Assembly: GCA_964187785.1 (NCBI GenBank)
Contig: OZ076418.1
Span: 40,548,001-40,612,000, forward strand
Direction of reading: 5' to 3'
Length of the DNA: 64,000 nt
Source of the DNA: Amphiscolops sp. MND2022
Lineage: Eukaryota
Positions 11,830 to 25,400 of this stretch are shown one piece after another. Numbering within the stretch: position 1 is the first letter of the stretch; each line of letters begins with the position of its first letter. The notes beneath the pieces were generated by a model. That model worked only from the letters and a program-made list of their open reading frames with translations. It was not told the origin of the DNA and did no database searches. A program made the position numbers and the translations under genes.

Positions 11830-12560
11830 TGCATGTATGTCTTAGCCTTCCTTCTTCCTTCTTCCTCTCCTCTTACGATTTATGCCCCTCCAGGTCGGTC
11901 TTCATCAAAACCAACCGCTAGTCAATTAATGGCACGTAGCTCAGCTTCGCTCCGCTCATGCACGAAGGACACTATAGGCAGGTTTCTGTAGCTGATCAAG
12001 CTCTTTCGGTACGCTCCAAAATTGGGCTGCTTTGTTACGCTTTGTTGTAGTTGTACAATAGGCTGTGTCGTAGCTTTGTCGCCATTCTGAGAGTCTAATG
12101 AACTCTCCCTCCTAAAAGCAGCAAAAGTACTTTGATTAAAATGCGTTTTTGATTGATTAAACCGTATCTTTCAGCTTGCCCCAACATCGGGGTTCTTGAA
12201 AAGCACAATGATTGTCTATACTATATTTCGGATGGGGAGAGCACTTTCTTAGCAATTGTTGAGTCTATCGCCTGCAAGATTTGTGATTTTAAATTTACTT
12301 CCTTTCCATCTAACTTTCTTGACAATTGACGAATTAATTGTGAATTCATTCTTCTAGCTGTCTCAGCAGTCATCTCTTTGCTTTTCTACTTTTTATATTC
12401 AAAAGAGTTCTAAAATCCTCTCCAGTTGTGTTTGTATTTTAATGTTATTCCCCCGAACACTAAGTCAGCTTGTGTTCCTCTTGAAATTGAAAAATTCTCG
12501 TAATCATTTCTTGGGAACTTTCCTCAGTGTTGTCATCGTCCGCGGACACTTTATATCGGT
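11830..12560 (-). pseudogene. Decayed coiled-coil ORF remnant, probably gag N-terminus of a second retroelement family
   Basis: Minus-strand translation GEDFRTLLNIKS..MTAETARRMNSQLIRQLSRKLDGKEVNLKSQILQAIDSTIAKKVL is homologous to GDDFRTLLNTKS..MTSETVRLINSEITSQVSNKINEFNVDLNLHIRETIEQVILDQVL at about 31020-31200. Multiple stops and frameshifts. The gag identity is inference; boundaries approximate. Confidence 0.5.
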
Positions 12561-13483
12561 TACCGTCGCAGGGGGCAGCTGTTATGCTACGTTCATTAAA
12601 CCAGCGGATTTGTTTCGCTTAAATGTTCGGTTTTACAGTCATGGAAAAGAAAGTGAAGTGGGACGAGGTTTTGGAGTGGAATGAGTTTCATTCAGGTGGA
12701 AAGATTTTGAGATTCAACGATGTTGAAGTGGAATGATATGGGTACGAAATAACCGTTTGATGTAGTTAAAGGTAACCTTTCAAGGTTGGGTATACAACCT
12801 TGTCTTTGAGTTCAAGAAAAATAGAGGGTTTCCGAATGCCCTTTGAAGCCGTGATGCCTTCTAGTTGTCAAGACTTTATATAACGCTGAATAAAATTATG
12901 GTTTTTGCCGTTCAAACTATGATAAAGACCTCAAGGTTGATTCTGAAAAACCTCGGTGCTGAAACGTACCCTTCGGACTGAAACTTATTTTGAAGATATT
13001 TCCGAATCAGAATTGCAAAAACATAGGCGCTAATATTGTTAGCACAAGGCTTGCGAATAATATTTGCTTGAAATCAATTGAAAAGGAAAATAGGGAACCT
13101 GATAAACTAATCAAGTACCAGTTGAGCATCTGTAAAGAACAAATACTCGCGTACATATCGGCCATTGAAAAAGGAAACGTGTTCAAATGAACTAGCTCTG
13201 ATGACGCGAATTCCGAACCTGTGTTTAGCCGATCAGAGGTGCTTTTTTGCTGTATGTAGGCGGATTTTGGGTCCATACTTCTTTTACTAAAGCGTTGCCC
13301 CGCGTGAGATCGCATGTTAACTCAAATAACATTGGATATAATGTAGTACATTTTCAAATGGAATTTGAAATGTAAGGCCTTTACCCCAATTTTACTATTT
13401 TCTTTGAATACATGGACGCAGCTCTATTTATAGATTCGAGTTATCAGTCACGTCACTCTCACGTCATTATAGTGACTGTTTTC

Positions 13484-14403
13484 AGTCGGCGCATTTTAGT
13501 AGAAAATGTGCCCGATTCTTACAGTAGGTAGTATTTTTTACTCGCGTAAGGTCCACTTTTTTGTTCATTTGTTCAGTTTGACCAAAACATACCGCAAACC
13601 TTAGAACCTCATCCAAAATTATAAAACCGACGTCCAGAACCTTGAAAACAACTAAGGATCTCACCTTTGGCTACCTGGGTGTTTTTAACTTGGATTTTTT
13701 TCGGCACTATGAGACTTTTTTTCGAAAATTTTTTTTCTGTACCAAAGGGTCCCCTCTTCATTTTTTTTTGATATTTAGGAAAACAATAGATGTTTGAAAA
13801 TCCCAAAGGGTACCCCTTTCAGATTTTTCGGCACTATGAGACTGTTCAAAATTGTCATTTTTCATCTGACATTAGGTTTTCTCAATACATATCCACCAAT
13901 ATTTTTTTCAATACTATCCGAAATTTGAACGTAATATCCGGAGTAAAGCGCTATATCTGAATTTTTGACGTTATTTCCGAAGTATATTCCGTTTCACTGA
14001 GGAGGAGGCGGAGGTTCGAAAACAAGTGCTCGCATTTGTCCCAGCCGCTATATCCGAACTTCTGAAGCGTTTTCCCAGCATGGAAGGCTTCTTTTGGGTG
14101 AAACTTTTTTGTGGGTTTTCCATAAAACACACCCAATTCAGTATAAGTCAGATTTTAAGAAACGCATTTCTGGTAGCTACCGAAGAGACAGTTCGGTTGA
14201 CTCCGAAAATAGTAACCGGAGTTACGACACCTGCTTCTGAAACCTCACCGCCAAGATGAGAATTCCACGTTAACTACTAGGCCAAGTAAATTTTAGCAAT
14301 AAAAAAATTGGTAGAGCACAATTTTGGCTAGTTCATTTGTTTCGAAAAAAACTGACGAAAAACCATGTCTATAGTTGCTCATTTTTACAGAAAAGCGCGG
14401 ACT
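13484..14403 (+). mobile_element. Helentron/DINE-1-like family, longer variant
   Basis: Same 5' AGTCGGCGCATTTT hairpin and AAAGGGTCCCC core; ends at inverted motif AAAAGCGCGGACT. Confidence 0.55.
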
Positions 14404-15213
14404 AAAAAACTAGCCATTATAACGGTCAAGCACTTCTTCCCGCAAAAAGCACCAACAAAAAGCAAATCGCTTTCCAAATTTGAAGTTTCATGTGATGAAA
14501 ATTTGTAAGCATTCGACTTTAAAATCGAAAAGCTCCGTAAACTTCGTGGTCACTTGAAACGTTCCAGAAAACTTTAAAGAAAACTAAAATTGCCTTTAAT
14601 TTTGCATTTGTTTGAAAATATAGAAACAGCTAAAAGTTTATTGAATAAATTGACTGCCTTTTGAAGACACTTTTTCTGGAAGAAACTCATTTTGTTCATG
14701 ACGACATTAAACGTGGACGTAACAGTTAAAAAAATTGCATGAATTTTGCGTATGAATGATTTTGTGATATTTTCACATGGTGGGAATACTTTTGTTTTAT
14801 TTTCACGCCTTTTTATTGACAGCTAACAATCGAAGTGTGAACACAAATGCGATCAAATTATTTTCCAGTTAATTTCCATCATTTCTCTCTTTTCAAAATA
14901 CTGAGACGCCATCTGCACGAATCGATTCAAATTCTCACTTTTCGAACTGATGTTTCATAAAATAGGAGGTGCTTTTTTGCTGTATGTAGGCGGATTTTGG
15001 GTCCATACTTCTTTTACTAAAGCGTTGCCCCGCGTGAGATCGCATGTTAACTCAAATAACATTGGATATAATGTAGTACATTTTCAAATGGAATTTGAAA
15101 TGTAAGGCCTTTACCCCAATTTTACTATTTTCTGTGAATACATGGACGCAGCTCTATTTATAGATTCGAGTTATCAGTCACGTCACTCTCACGTCATTAT
15201 AGTGACTGTTTTC

Positions 15214-16132
15214 AGTCGGCGCATTTTAGTAGAAAATGTGCCCGATTCTTACAGTAGGTAGTATTTTTTACTCGCGTAAGGTCCACTTTTTTGTTCATTT
15301 GTTCAGTTTGACCAAAACATACCGCAAACCTTAGAACCTCATCCAAAATTATAAAACCGACGTCCAGAACCTTGAAAACAACTAAGGATCTCACCTTTGG
15401 CTACCTGGGTGTTTTTAACTTGGATTTTTTTCGGCACTATGAGACTTTTTTTCGAAAATTTTTTTTCTGTACCAAAGGGTCCCCTCTTCATTTTTTTTGA
15501 TATTTTGGAACACAATAGATGTTTGAAAATCCCAAAGGGTCCCCCTTTCAGATTTTTCGGCACTATGAGACTGTTCAAAATTGTCATTTTTCATCTGACA
15601 TTAGGTTTTCTCAATACATATCCACCAATATTTTTTTCAATACTATCCGAAATTTGAACGTAATATCCGGAGTAAAGCGCTATATCTGAATTTTTGACGT
15701 TATTTCCGAAGTATATTCCGTTTCACTGAGGAGGAGGCGGAGGTTCGAAAACAAGTGCTCGCATTTGTCCCAGCCGCTATATCCGAACTTCTGAAGCGTT
15801 TTCCCAGCATGGAAGGCTTCTTTTGGGTGAAACTTTTTTGTGGGTTTTCCATAAAACACACCCAATTCAGTATAAGTCAGATTTTAAGAAACGCATTTCT
15901 GGTAGCTACCGAAGAGACAGTTCGGTTGACTCCGAAAATAGTAACCGGAGTTACGACACCTGCTTCTGAAACCTCACCGCCAAGATGAGAATTCCACGTT
16001 AACTACTAGGCCAAGTAAATTTTAGCAATAAAAAAATTGGTAGAGCACAATTTTGGCTAGTTCATTTGTTTCGAAAAAAACTGACGAAAAACCATGTCTA
16101 TAGTTGCTCATTTTTACAGAAAAGCGCGGACT
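15214..16132 (+). mobile_element. Helentron/DINE-1-like family, duplicate of 13484-14403
   Basis: Inside the tandem duplication. Confidence 0.55.
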
Positions 16133-17570
16133 AAAAAACTAGCCATTATAACGGTCAAGCACTTCTTCCCGCAAAAAGCACCAACAAAAAGCAAATCGCT
16201 TTCCAAATTTGAAGTTTCATGTGATGAAAATTTGTAAGCATTCGACTTTAAAATCGAAAAGCTCCGTAAACTTCGTGGTCACTTGAAACGTTCCAGAAAA
16301 CTTTAAAGAAAACTAAAATTGCCTTTAATTTTGCATTTGTTTGAAAATATAGAAACAGCTAAAAGTTTATTGAATAAATTGACTGCCTTTTGAAGACACT
16401 TTTTCTGGAAGAAACTCATTTTGTTCATGACGACATTAAACGTGGACGTAACAGTTAAAAAAATTGCATGAATTTTGCGTATGAATGATTTTGTGATATT
16501 TTCACATGGTGGGAATTTTTTTGTTTTATTTTCACGCCTTTTTATTGACAGCTAACAATCGAAGTGTGAACACAAATGCGATCAAATTATTTTCCAGTTA
16601 ATTTCCATCATTTCTCTCTTTTCAAAATACTGAGACGCCATCTGCACGAATCGATTCAAATTCTCACTTTTCGAACTGATGTTTCATAAAATAGGAGGAG
16701 TCAATTTTCAAAATATGTTAAAGTTAGATGAAAATTTGATAAACGGTGGTATTAGGAATTCAAACTCTTAAATTGAACGTCAAATATACGCTAAGCTGAC
16801 TTCTTAGAGAGGATTTAGTAACAATGTTGCTCTGTGAAACCTGCTGAAAAAGCATTGAAATGGCAAGATTTGCAACCATAGCTCCTGTGGAAATCAAAAC
16901 GCGTTCCTATTGGACTATATTTGATAATTGTTCGGCTGCATTTTCCAAGCCGAAATTCCATTAATAAAGTCATGAAAATTTATCGTTTATTTTTCTTTCC
17001 TATATTGGCGCACTTTCGTTCATAATATTTTGGCCTTTCCTCGGCTTCTTATTCAGTCCTACAAAGACATTGAAGACTTTTTATTAGAAAGCAACCGAAA
17101 AATTGCCGTTTTCTCTTGAGTTGACCAAAAAGTGCTCAAGTAATCGATTTTCATTAAAAAGCGGGGAAAGTATATTGAATTATTAATCATTTCTGAACTT
17201 GGACAAAATACGAATTAAGGAAATGTACGCCTTGCCTTATGAGTGCATCCGAATTTAATTTACCCGTCAAAAGATGTCTGACTTGAACAGAAATCGTTAT
17301 TCTCAATGTTTGTATATGGCGCAGAGAAAAAGTAATGGGAAATTCTCTTGCAAAAGATTGTGAACTAACCTTCAAAACAGTTGCTCCAATTTTCCCGGGA
17401 GGCCTTCGGTTTTCGAGTGATATGTTATCAATTAATTTAGTTCAAGAGACTTGAACTTGTTATTAGAAAAGTTTCTGAGTCTTGTTATAACTTATAGTTA
17501 TTACAACTTTCTCCTATGATTCCATTTTCTAACCTTTACGCACCCAATTTCATCAATTATTTTTCATAAA

Positions 17571-17898
17571 ATGTTGCTACAAATAGCAAAAATTCACTTT
17601 AAATTGAGTTTTTTGCTACTATACATGATCCCTGGTTTCTACTCCGACAAAACGGAAGCCAATTTAACTCGATTAATTACAACGCAGACCCGCAAAATCA
17701 AAGATTACCGGCCGGTTCTGAAAAATTCCGACAAGCTGCGTATCAATTTTTCCCTATCAATTTCGCAATTAGTTAATCTGGATACCCGTAACCAGGTCGT
17801 TATTTCCAGTGTCTGGCCTACCCACGAGTGGACCAATAGCTGGATTAAATGGAATCCAAATGATTATGACGGAATAACTCATCTTTACTTATTATCTG
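17571..17898 (+). CDS. Cys-loop ligand-gated ion channel (nicotinic acetylcholine receptor-like subunit), coding exon 1: signal peptide + start of the ligand-binding domain
   Basis: Hydrophobic N-terminus, then RPVLKNSDKLRINFSLSISQLVNLDTRNQVVISSVWPTHEWTNSWIKWNPNDYDGITHL, matching the nAChR pattern RPVxN...LSxxQLxxxDExNQ...W...W.D..L.WNP.DY.GI. Phase-1 donor G|GTTAGT at 17898/17899. Confidence 0.93.
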
Positions 17899-20063
17899 GT
17901 TAGTTAGAAAATCGAGAATGAATTAGTATCTTATTATTTCAATTTTCAGCATAATTTTATTTGATATTGTTTCATAATTTATTCTGAGAGGACTTGTTGT
18001 TTGAAAAATAATTCTCAATTCATTACATACAACCATTTTGACAAAGTTTTTTATTGAAAAGTTCCACAGAAAACAGCAGTTTTACCGCTTTTTAGTTGCC
18101 CATTTTTTTGCCAACGTCCGAAGTTTTTTCTATTATCAAGTCTTGTACCTAATCCCAAGCCGACCTTGAAAATGAAATAATACCATTTTTAGGGTGCGAA
18201 TTAGAAAAATGGTGCCAGGAAAACTGTCACCAGAAGAACCTCAAACTACAAATTTTTGTTGGTGTTGAAACTGTTGGGAGCGAAGTAAAACTTGAAACAA
18301 AATTACCCATTGGTTATCTAGATTGTTTGAACAATACACTAAGAATCAATTAGTATCTCAACAAACATTTAGTTCAATAATTGCCCTAATTTCAAAATAT
18401 AATAAACTTTTTCTCGAAAACTTAGCTACCATTATTATTCTCCGCCCCCACAATTTATTGTGTTGGGGGAGGAAAATTATAATAGGTGTTGCGTTTTTTT
18501 TCCAAATTCTGTTGAATCTCTACTTTATTCTTGCTCCATTTAGATAATGTAATTACTTACTCTCATTTCTCCCAGCACGCTATATGCGAACTTTTGGCGT
18601 TATATCCGAAATATATTGCGTTTTACCAAAGTAAATATTTGATTAGGCGTCTATAGTTAGCCAATTGAAGGCGGAAAATATCCCGGTGCATAGCGGGCGT
18701 CTTGCGGTGAACATAAAATGACTTTTTAAAAACCAATGAGTAACTTTATTTCAAGTTTTTATTCACTCCCAACATTTTCAAGGTCAACAAAAATGTCTAG
18801 ATTGAGGTTCTTCAGGTGACATTTTCCTCGTTTTTCGTTTTTCCTCAGAGCTTGTTTTATATAATTTTGAACGCGAGTTGTTTACGGTTTGTAGGCGCAT
18901 TTGTTCGACAGGAAAAAACTGTATATCTATTAATTGGTCCAGTTCAATTGGACGATCACTCAGCTAGTCGAATGATCAATTTGAAAGCTATCAGCTGTTT
19001 CAAGAATAAATAATTTTGGTTGAGTCAGCATCGCTGACATACTCCGATTAGGTATTCATTATCGAACGTGAGCGTAACTGAAAAAGGAATGCATGTAAAG
19101 TCAATCGCTGTTGAAGAAGAACCCTAAAGTCAGGGATATGCATCATTGTATTGCAATGCTACATATTTGCGTTTGAAAAAAAATTGCAAATTACTATCAG
19201 CACAACCAATATTATATATCAGTACACTGATAAACATACAATATCAGCAGTATCTTCCAAAACCCTGTCCCTTTATCGTTTTGCATCTTTTTTTCTGCCA
19301 TAGTCGTAGTTGCAGTTGTCAACAGCAACTTCCAAAATTTTGAACCGACCCTTGTTGAGAGTGCTTAAATTTTTTGCAAGTACTTCAATGTTGCCAGCAA
19401 TTGTTTTGTGATTTTCTAAATTCGTACTGAACTTTTCATGTCAAAATAATTACCTCTTGTATTCAATTTATATCTAGCTGCTTGGAAGGTTCTTCTTTTG
19501 ATGGCAGTTTTATGCCTTGAAGTTTTGCAAGTTTCATCAAGAAAATGTTCGAATTTTGAAGCAATTAAGTTGCTTTCAGTTTTACCGCCAATTTAATACA
19601 AAATAACTTCAGTCGCGTGATAAACTGCAACTTAGCGTCATGTTTAGCATCTTATTCGAGGAGTGGTGATCACATCAGATGAGCATTTGAGAAAACAAAG
19701 TCTGAACACAATTTGATCGTGTCGGTAGGGAAGTGGGATTAATTTTCAAGTTTAGTTGCAGTATTTGAATATTCTACAAGATTTACAACCGGAACATCAT
19801 TGAATGTTTCAGGTTTTATAAAAATTACACTTCCTGCAGGCCTGCAGCATGTAAAAAGTTCCAGTAGTTTCAAACTGGCCTAGCCCTGATTCCAAACAAC
19901 CATGCATTTTCGTGGAAAAGAATATTTCCGTCCAACTACTACTTTTTCATCACGTATTGTTAGAGAATTCCGCTTGCCAAGTCCTTGATCATTGTATCAG
20001 TGGTGGCAGAACACGCTATTTGCTAGTAATAGAAGTAATCCCGATTCTGTTTTTTTTTTGGAT

Positions 20064-20180
20064 TGATGGTGTAGTGGTTGGAGCATTCGGCCTAAACCGG
20101 GGAGGTATCAGGCTCGAATCCCTCTCAACTCACCATTGTTGGTCCTTCAGCAACTCCTTCATCCCTAGCTTAATGGTATG
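20064..20180 (+). mobile_element. tRNA-derived SINE-like copy (degenerate)
   Basis: A box TGGTGTAGTGG (20067-20077); B-box-like GGCTCGAATCC (20111-20121); homologous to 45098-45210; no complete cloverleaf. Confidence 0.5.
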
Positions 20181-20947
20181 GTTTTATACAAAAAATAACA
20201 CATTTGGGGGAAAAGCGAAACAAAAAGAAATGGTCATCAGTAAGACCTTGGTGACCTTGAACAAATCACTTGGGCGTGCAAAAATTAGCCTGCATTTCAT
20301 TCATGTGCTTACAAAATTTCACAGCATTTTCAACTAATGCAAACCACAGCTTCAAGCTCACCATTTATTGACCATTTAGTTGAAAATATGGAACAAGGAC
20401 TTGCTGTGGGGAGATAGTATCCGCAAAAGGGCACTGATTTAGATAAACAGAACTGCTTGTTCACTAGCTGAGATGGTCTTTCTCCTTTTAACCCTTTAAG
20501 ATTCCATGATTCAGTTATTGATAAACTGCATAACATGATTCAGTTATTGAAAAGATGAAAAAAGCCTCAATATTTATTGGGTTTATGTAGTTAATTCAAT
20601 AAAGATTTTTTAAAATGGAAAATATTTTCTTGCATTAACGTTAGAACCATCAGATACCACCTTGAGTATAAAGCCTAGATAATGAGATTCAATTGTAATT
20701 GATTCGCATTTTTTGCCGGCACTTTTTTACTATTAAACTTTTTTCAAAAAAAAGGGTAACATCATAGATTGAAAAATCTGCTACAGCTAACGGACGCTTA
20801 TTTTACCCCAAAAATAATTCAATTTTTTCAGCTAGACGTAATTTTGCGACATTTCAGACGCAGATACATTTCTGGTGAAGTTTTTTCAATCAGCAGAAAA
20901 CGGCGCCATTCGAAGAAACGATATCATCTTTGTAGATGATTTATTTG

Positions 20948-21381
20948 CTGGGGTGTGGGATTTTTAGACCGTGGACCGAAACCCGTAGTGCCAAACCGTA
21001 ACCCGTAAACCGTAGTTGTGAAAAAAGCGAACCGTACACTTTTGAGAAATACGAGCGAATTGTTTTATACATTTAACAGCAGTGTTTCTGTGAAAATTTT
21101 GGAGCGAATTCAATTGTTCATTCTCAAATAAGAACGTCTTTAAAAGACGAATTCGTTCAAAATTTTTTTACGCTATAATTTGCAGAGGGCGTTCCCTCAA
21201 ATGCTTTTTTGGGGCAAGAAACATGAGTGCTTTGAAAACACCATTACAAAGATTTTTGATGAAGAAATTTAAATACTTCTGAAGCAAAAGTGTTTTTCAA
21301 ACCGTACGCTAAAACCGTAAACCGTAGACGATAACCCGTAAACCGTAATTTCAATTCAAACCGTACGGTTCCACACCCCAG
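20948..21381. mobile_element. 434-bp MITE with 11-bp TIRs and 8-bp TSD (hAT/P-like by TSD length)
   Basis: CTGGGGTGTGG ... CCACACCCCAG, flanked on both sides by TTTATTTG (20940-20947 and 21382-21389); subterminal AACCGTA repeats. Confidence 0.88.
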
Positions 21382-21923
21382 TTTATTTGGCATACAAACC
21401 AAAGCATTTATACTTTTAATAATAACTTAACTAGAAGCCATATAACTTAACTACTACATCTGGCTTTGTGAATTAACTGTGAACACCAGAAGAAAGATGA
21501 AAAGCCTGATTTTGACTTGCAAGTCGAGACGCCAATAGTTCTATGAAATAATCTGTAGACCGCTTGTCCTCAATCGAAATATTGATCGGAGCTGTTCAAA
21601 GTATCGACATAAAAGAGATTATAATTTATGGTGACGACAAAGTTGAATCGTTCATCGGTTGACCAGCATCTTCAAAGAAATTCAAACGATTTCATTGGCT
21701 GATCGCTTATCTGATCTGAGATTGTGTTGATCACATTTTTCGGGTCTTGCATTTAGATGAAACACGCATTGAAATCACTTTGTGTGATTTTTTTTCAATG
21801 TTTTGTTCAGGCAATAATCTTTGTTGAACGTTTTGACGAATTCAAAGTTGTTGTAAAAGTCAGTCAAAATATTGGAGTTTTAACATAGTAACTTCTAATA
21901 GAACCCCAATTCGTCATTGAGAT

Positions 21924-22129
21924 TGTAAACGTCTACGACTCAGGAGTGGAAGTAAAGAAGAATATGATAGCAACTGTAACTTCAACGGTATTCTGAATTA
22001 TGGCAATTGTTGTTATTTTGCCACTTTGGCATAATTTGGCAGGTTGTTACTATGTTACGTAATAAAGTATTTCACACTATTGCTTTTCTCACATAAGCTT
22101 TAGGTTATGTAATGTTAGCACCTACCACA
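21924..22129 (-). repeat. 3' LTR (206 bp)
   Basis: 205/206 identical to 27113-27318. Confidence 0.97.
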
Positions 22130-22137
22130 CTTCCCTC
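22130..22137 (-). promoter_or_regulatory. Polypurine tract (GAGGGAAG) abutting the 3' LTR
   Basis: Purine run immediately 5' of TGTGGTAGG on the minus strand. Confidence 0.7.
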
Positions 22138-22451
22138 GGTATTAATGAAGGTCATGGGGTTTTGTACAAATGAACTTTATTTACGTTTACATTAACATTG
22201 CTATGTGATTGGTCCATCGTTTAGCCAATAATTTTACTGATTGCTACATTTTTCATTTTTCTTGATAATACGTATCAACTAAAAACACAAACACTTTTTT
22301 GAACAAATGTTACTACAACACCAGTTCTTTTAAAACTCAAACTGCGGGTTCAAGATTACAGATTACATGACAATGGCAATAACTATAAGTAAGCCTTGAG
22401 TTATCAGGCTTTCGGGAATGTTTCGTGAGTTTCAGTTTTCAGTTTTTGCTG

Positions 22452-25400
22452 CTATTGAGGAGGAGGTATTTCGTATACACTCGGTAGACTTTCTCCTACG
22501 CTGGATTCCTGTTCGATCTTTGTGACCATTATGTTGTTTCCTAGCCAATCAGGCTTTTTCTGGGTTCGCGTTGAACTTCTTTGCGCTACTTTCTCCCACT
22601 TTATCTTTCCTTTCACGGGAACTTTCTTTTCTTTGATCTTCTCTTCTTCTTCCATGCTTTCCGTTGTCTTCATTTCTTTTTCTTCATTTGCCGGTATTGT
22701 TGATTCGTCTGCGCTGTTTACTTCAGCACTTTCTTCTTGTTGTTCTGGTTCAGTTTGTTCTTCTTTTTCTTCGCCCACGTTTGATGTGAGTCTGCCTCGA
22801 AAGAATTCCCTCTCTGCCATTTCTTCCCAGACTGGCTTTTTCTTTGCCGCTGCCACTTTTTGCTTCTTTGCTTTCTTTGCTTTAAATGGCTTTTGTGCGC
22901 TCGTGCTGGTTTCTTCATTTTGTTTCATTGCGCTTGTGCTGGCTCCTTCGTTTACTTTAGCCACATCTCGCTTGGACAATATTGTTGTTTTTCCGGCTTT
23001 CGGCTGGATTGTGATGGTGTGTTCACTTTCAGCGGTCACCTTTCCTTTCATCTTTTTGAAATTTCCTTCGAGTTTGGTACCTCTCACGCGTTCTCTTACG
23101 AGAATTGTTGAATCGGCTTCTTCGCTGAAGTCCTCGGGTTCGATTTGGAGCTTTGGGTCTTCTTCTAAAATACACTTTCTTATCATAGCAGATTTTAATG
23201 TATTTGGTGTTCTACCCATTTGCTTTTCAAAAGCTGATTTGTTGTCCGCTCCCTTTTCCGATCTTAGCGCAAATAATATATTTGATATTCCCGTTGTATC
23301 CTTTTGAACAATTATGTTTCTATTTGTTCTAAGCCTTTCGTTTACCGTTCGAATCATTCTCTCAACTTTCCCATTTCCTCTATGGTCACGTCTTGGGCAT
23401 ACTATGTGTTGAATGAATTTTTCTCTACAAAATGCTTTGAATTTGTCCCCCGTAAACACTGTTCCCGGGTCCGTCCGTATTCTTTTCGGAATTCCATTTT
23501 TGGCAATGTACTCTAACAGGAATTCAATTACCTTTTCAGCTGTTGGGTTTGGTAAAAACATTGCGTCTGGCCAACCTGAATTATTATCGACCGAGACTAA
23601 CAAATACTTTTTCTGTTTTCTTGTATTTTGAAATGGGCCAGCAAAGTCTAAGGATATTTCGTCATTAGGCTGATTCGCTTCCGGTAGTTTTCCAAAATCT
23701 TTTTGACTCTTTAAACATTTAAGATTCTTACCTGCATTTTGGCAGTCCACGCAACTTTTTGCTTTTTCTATGATCTCTCTATGGATCCTTGGCCACCATA
23801 CATCTGACGCCTCCCGTAGCATCGCGTCTCTCCCTGCGTGGCCGAAATGGATAGCGCGTAAAACATTCTCTCTCATATCTTTTGGAATCACTAATCTCTG
23901 ATCCATATAAAGTAAGTCTTGAGAGTCTAAGCTAAATGATGAGAATTTTTCCCTCCACGGGGGCGGTAGTCGAGCGATTACGGACGAATCTTTCTTTTTT
24001 ATTAAACGAATAATTTTTTGGATGTTTTTGTCATTTTCGTAATTAGCCTTTACGTAAACTTGGCTGATTTTTGAATTGACTAGATCATTCGCCATTTCTG
24101 CGTTAATTGGCGTTTTGTTTATTTGTTCACAATTTACGCTCGACTGCGTAGGCTGGTGAATTGTTAGCACACTCTTGTTTGCCAATTTTGTTCTTCCAAA
24201 ACTTTCCTCGCTTCTGATTGGTTCATTTTCTTTTGCTGACTTTCTATTTAATGTTGGGACGATTTCTTTCACTACATTTATCGTAAACCAATTATTAAAC
24301 AATTCTTCCGCTTTTAGAATTGAACCATTATATTCAGAAGGATGGCGTGACAAATAATCTGCTAAACCTAAAGTTCTGCCAGGTTCATGCACTACATTGA
24401 AATCGAAAGGAAGGAGTCTATCCACCCACCTTGTGAGTCTACTTGAATACGTTTTGTTTCCTTTATTCGACTTTAGAACGCTTTGTAGCGCCTTATGATC
24501 TGACACTACTCCGAAATTTATCCCGTACACGTAATTTTTAAAATGTTCCACTGACCAGACTACGGCTAATAACTCTAATTCGTTTATTGAATATTTTGCT
24601 TCTAGTTCAGTTAAGAATCTTGACGCGTATGAAATTGGTTTCCACCCTTCTTTTTCCTTTTGCTGAAGTACCGCGCCTAATCCTTGTTTGCTAGCGTCGC
24701 ATATTATTCTCAGTTCTTTGTTTCTTTTAAAATGCGTCAATTCCGCGACTTTTCTCACTTCTTTGTTAATTCTTTTGAATGCTTTTTCGTGTTCTTCATT
24801 CCATTCCCAATTAGCCTCCTTTTTTAAAATTGAACGGAATGGAAAGCAAATTGTAGCCAAATCTGGGACAAATCTGTTGAATTGATTCACTGCGCCTAAG
24901 AACGATCTTAATTCTTTCAAATTCGTTGGTCTGAGTTTTTCTGTAATTCCTTGTACTTTCGAATTTATTGGCGAAATGCCCGAATTTGTCAACTTGAACC
25001 CTAACCACTCGATTTCTTGTTTAGCAAATTTGCATTTTCCCGCCTTTAATTGTAATTCTGCTTTATCTAACACTTTTAGAATTTCCCGCACTTTATTCAA
25101 ATGTTCAGCTTTGTTTCCCTTGGTTACAATTAAAATATCATCTATAAAGACAAACACTTCTCTAAATTTTGCTAATAACAAATCCATTACTTTTTGAAAT
25201 TCTGTCGGCATAACCGTCAGACCATAAAAACCTGTTACAAATCGGTACGTCCCCGTCGATTCTCCGCCAATAATTTGAAAATTACAGTGTTTCGCTGTTA
25301 ACAAATGTAGTGGAATTTGACCGTATGCGTAAGTCATATCGACTGATGAATACCATGCCTCACCTTCTTCATTATCTAGCTTTTCAGCCACCATGTCTAA

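Larger units (their letters stand above)
13236..16698. repeat. Tandem segmental duplication, 2 x about 1730 bp, with GAGG microhomology at the junctions
   Basis: 13236-14965 is about identical to 14966-16694; GAGG at 13236, 14966 and 16695; ORF track repeats with 1729-1730 offsets. Confidence 0.95.

Noticed and set aside
19020-19900. Possible decayed DDE transposase on the minus strand (AIDFTCIPF, VAVDNC)
   Set aside because: Motifs too short and frames too broken to support a call.
20064-20140. Functional tRNA gene
   Set aside because: A and B boxes present but no convincing acceptor or anticodon stems; treated as a SINE head.
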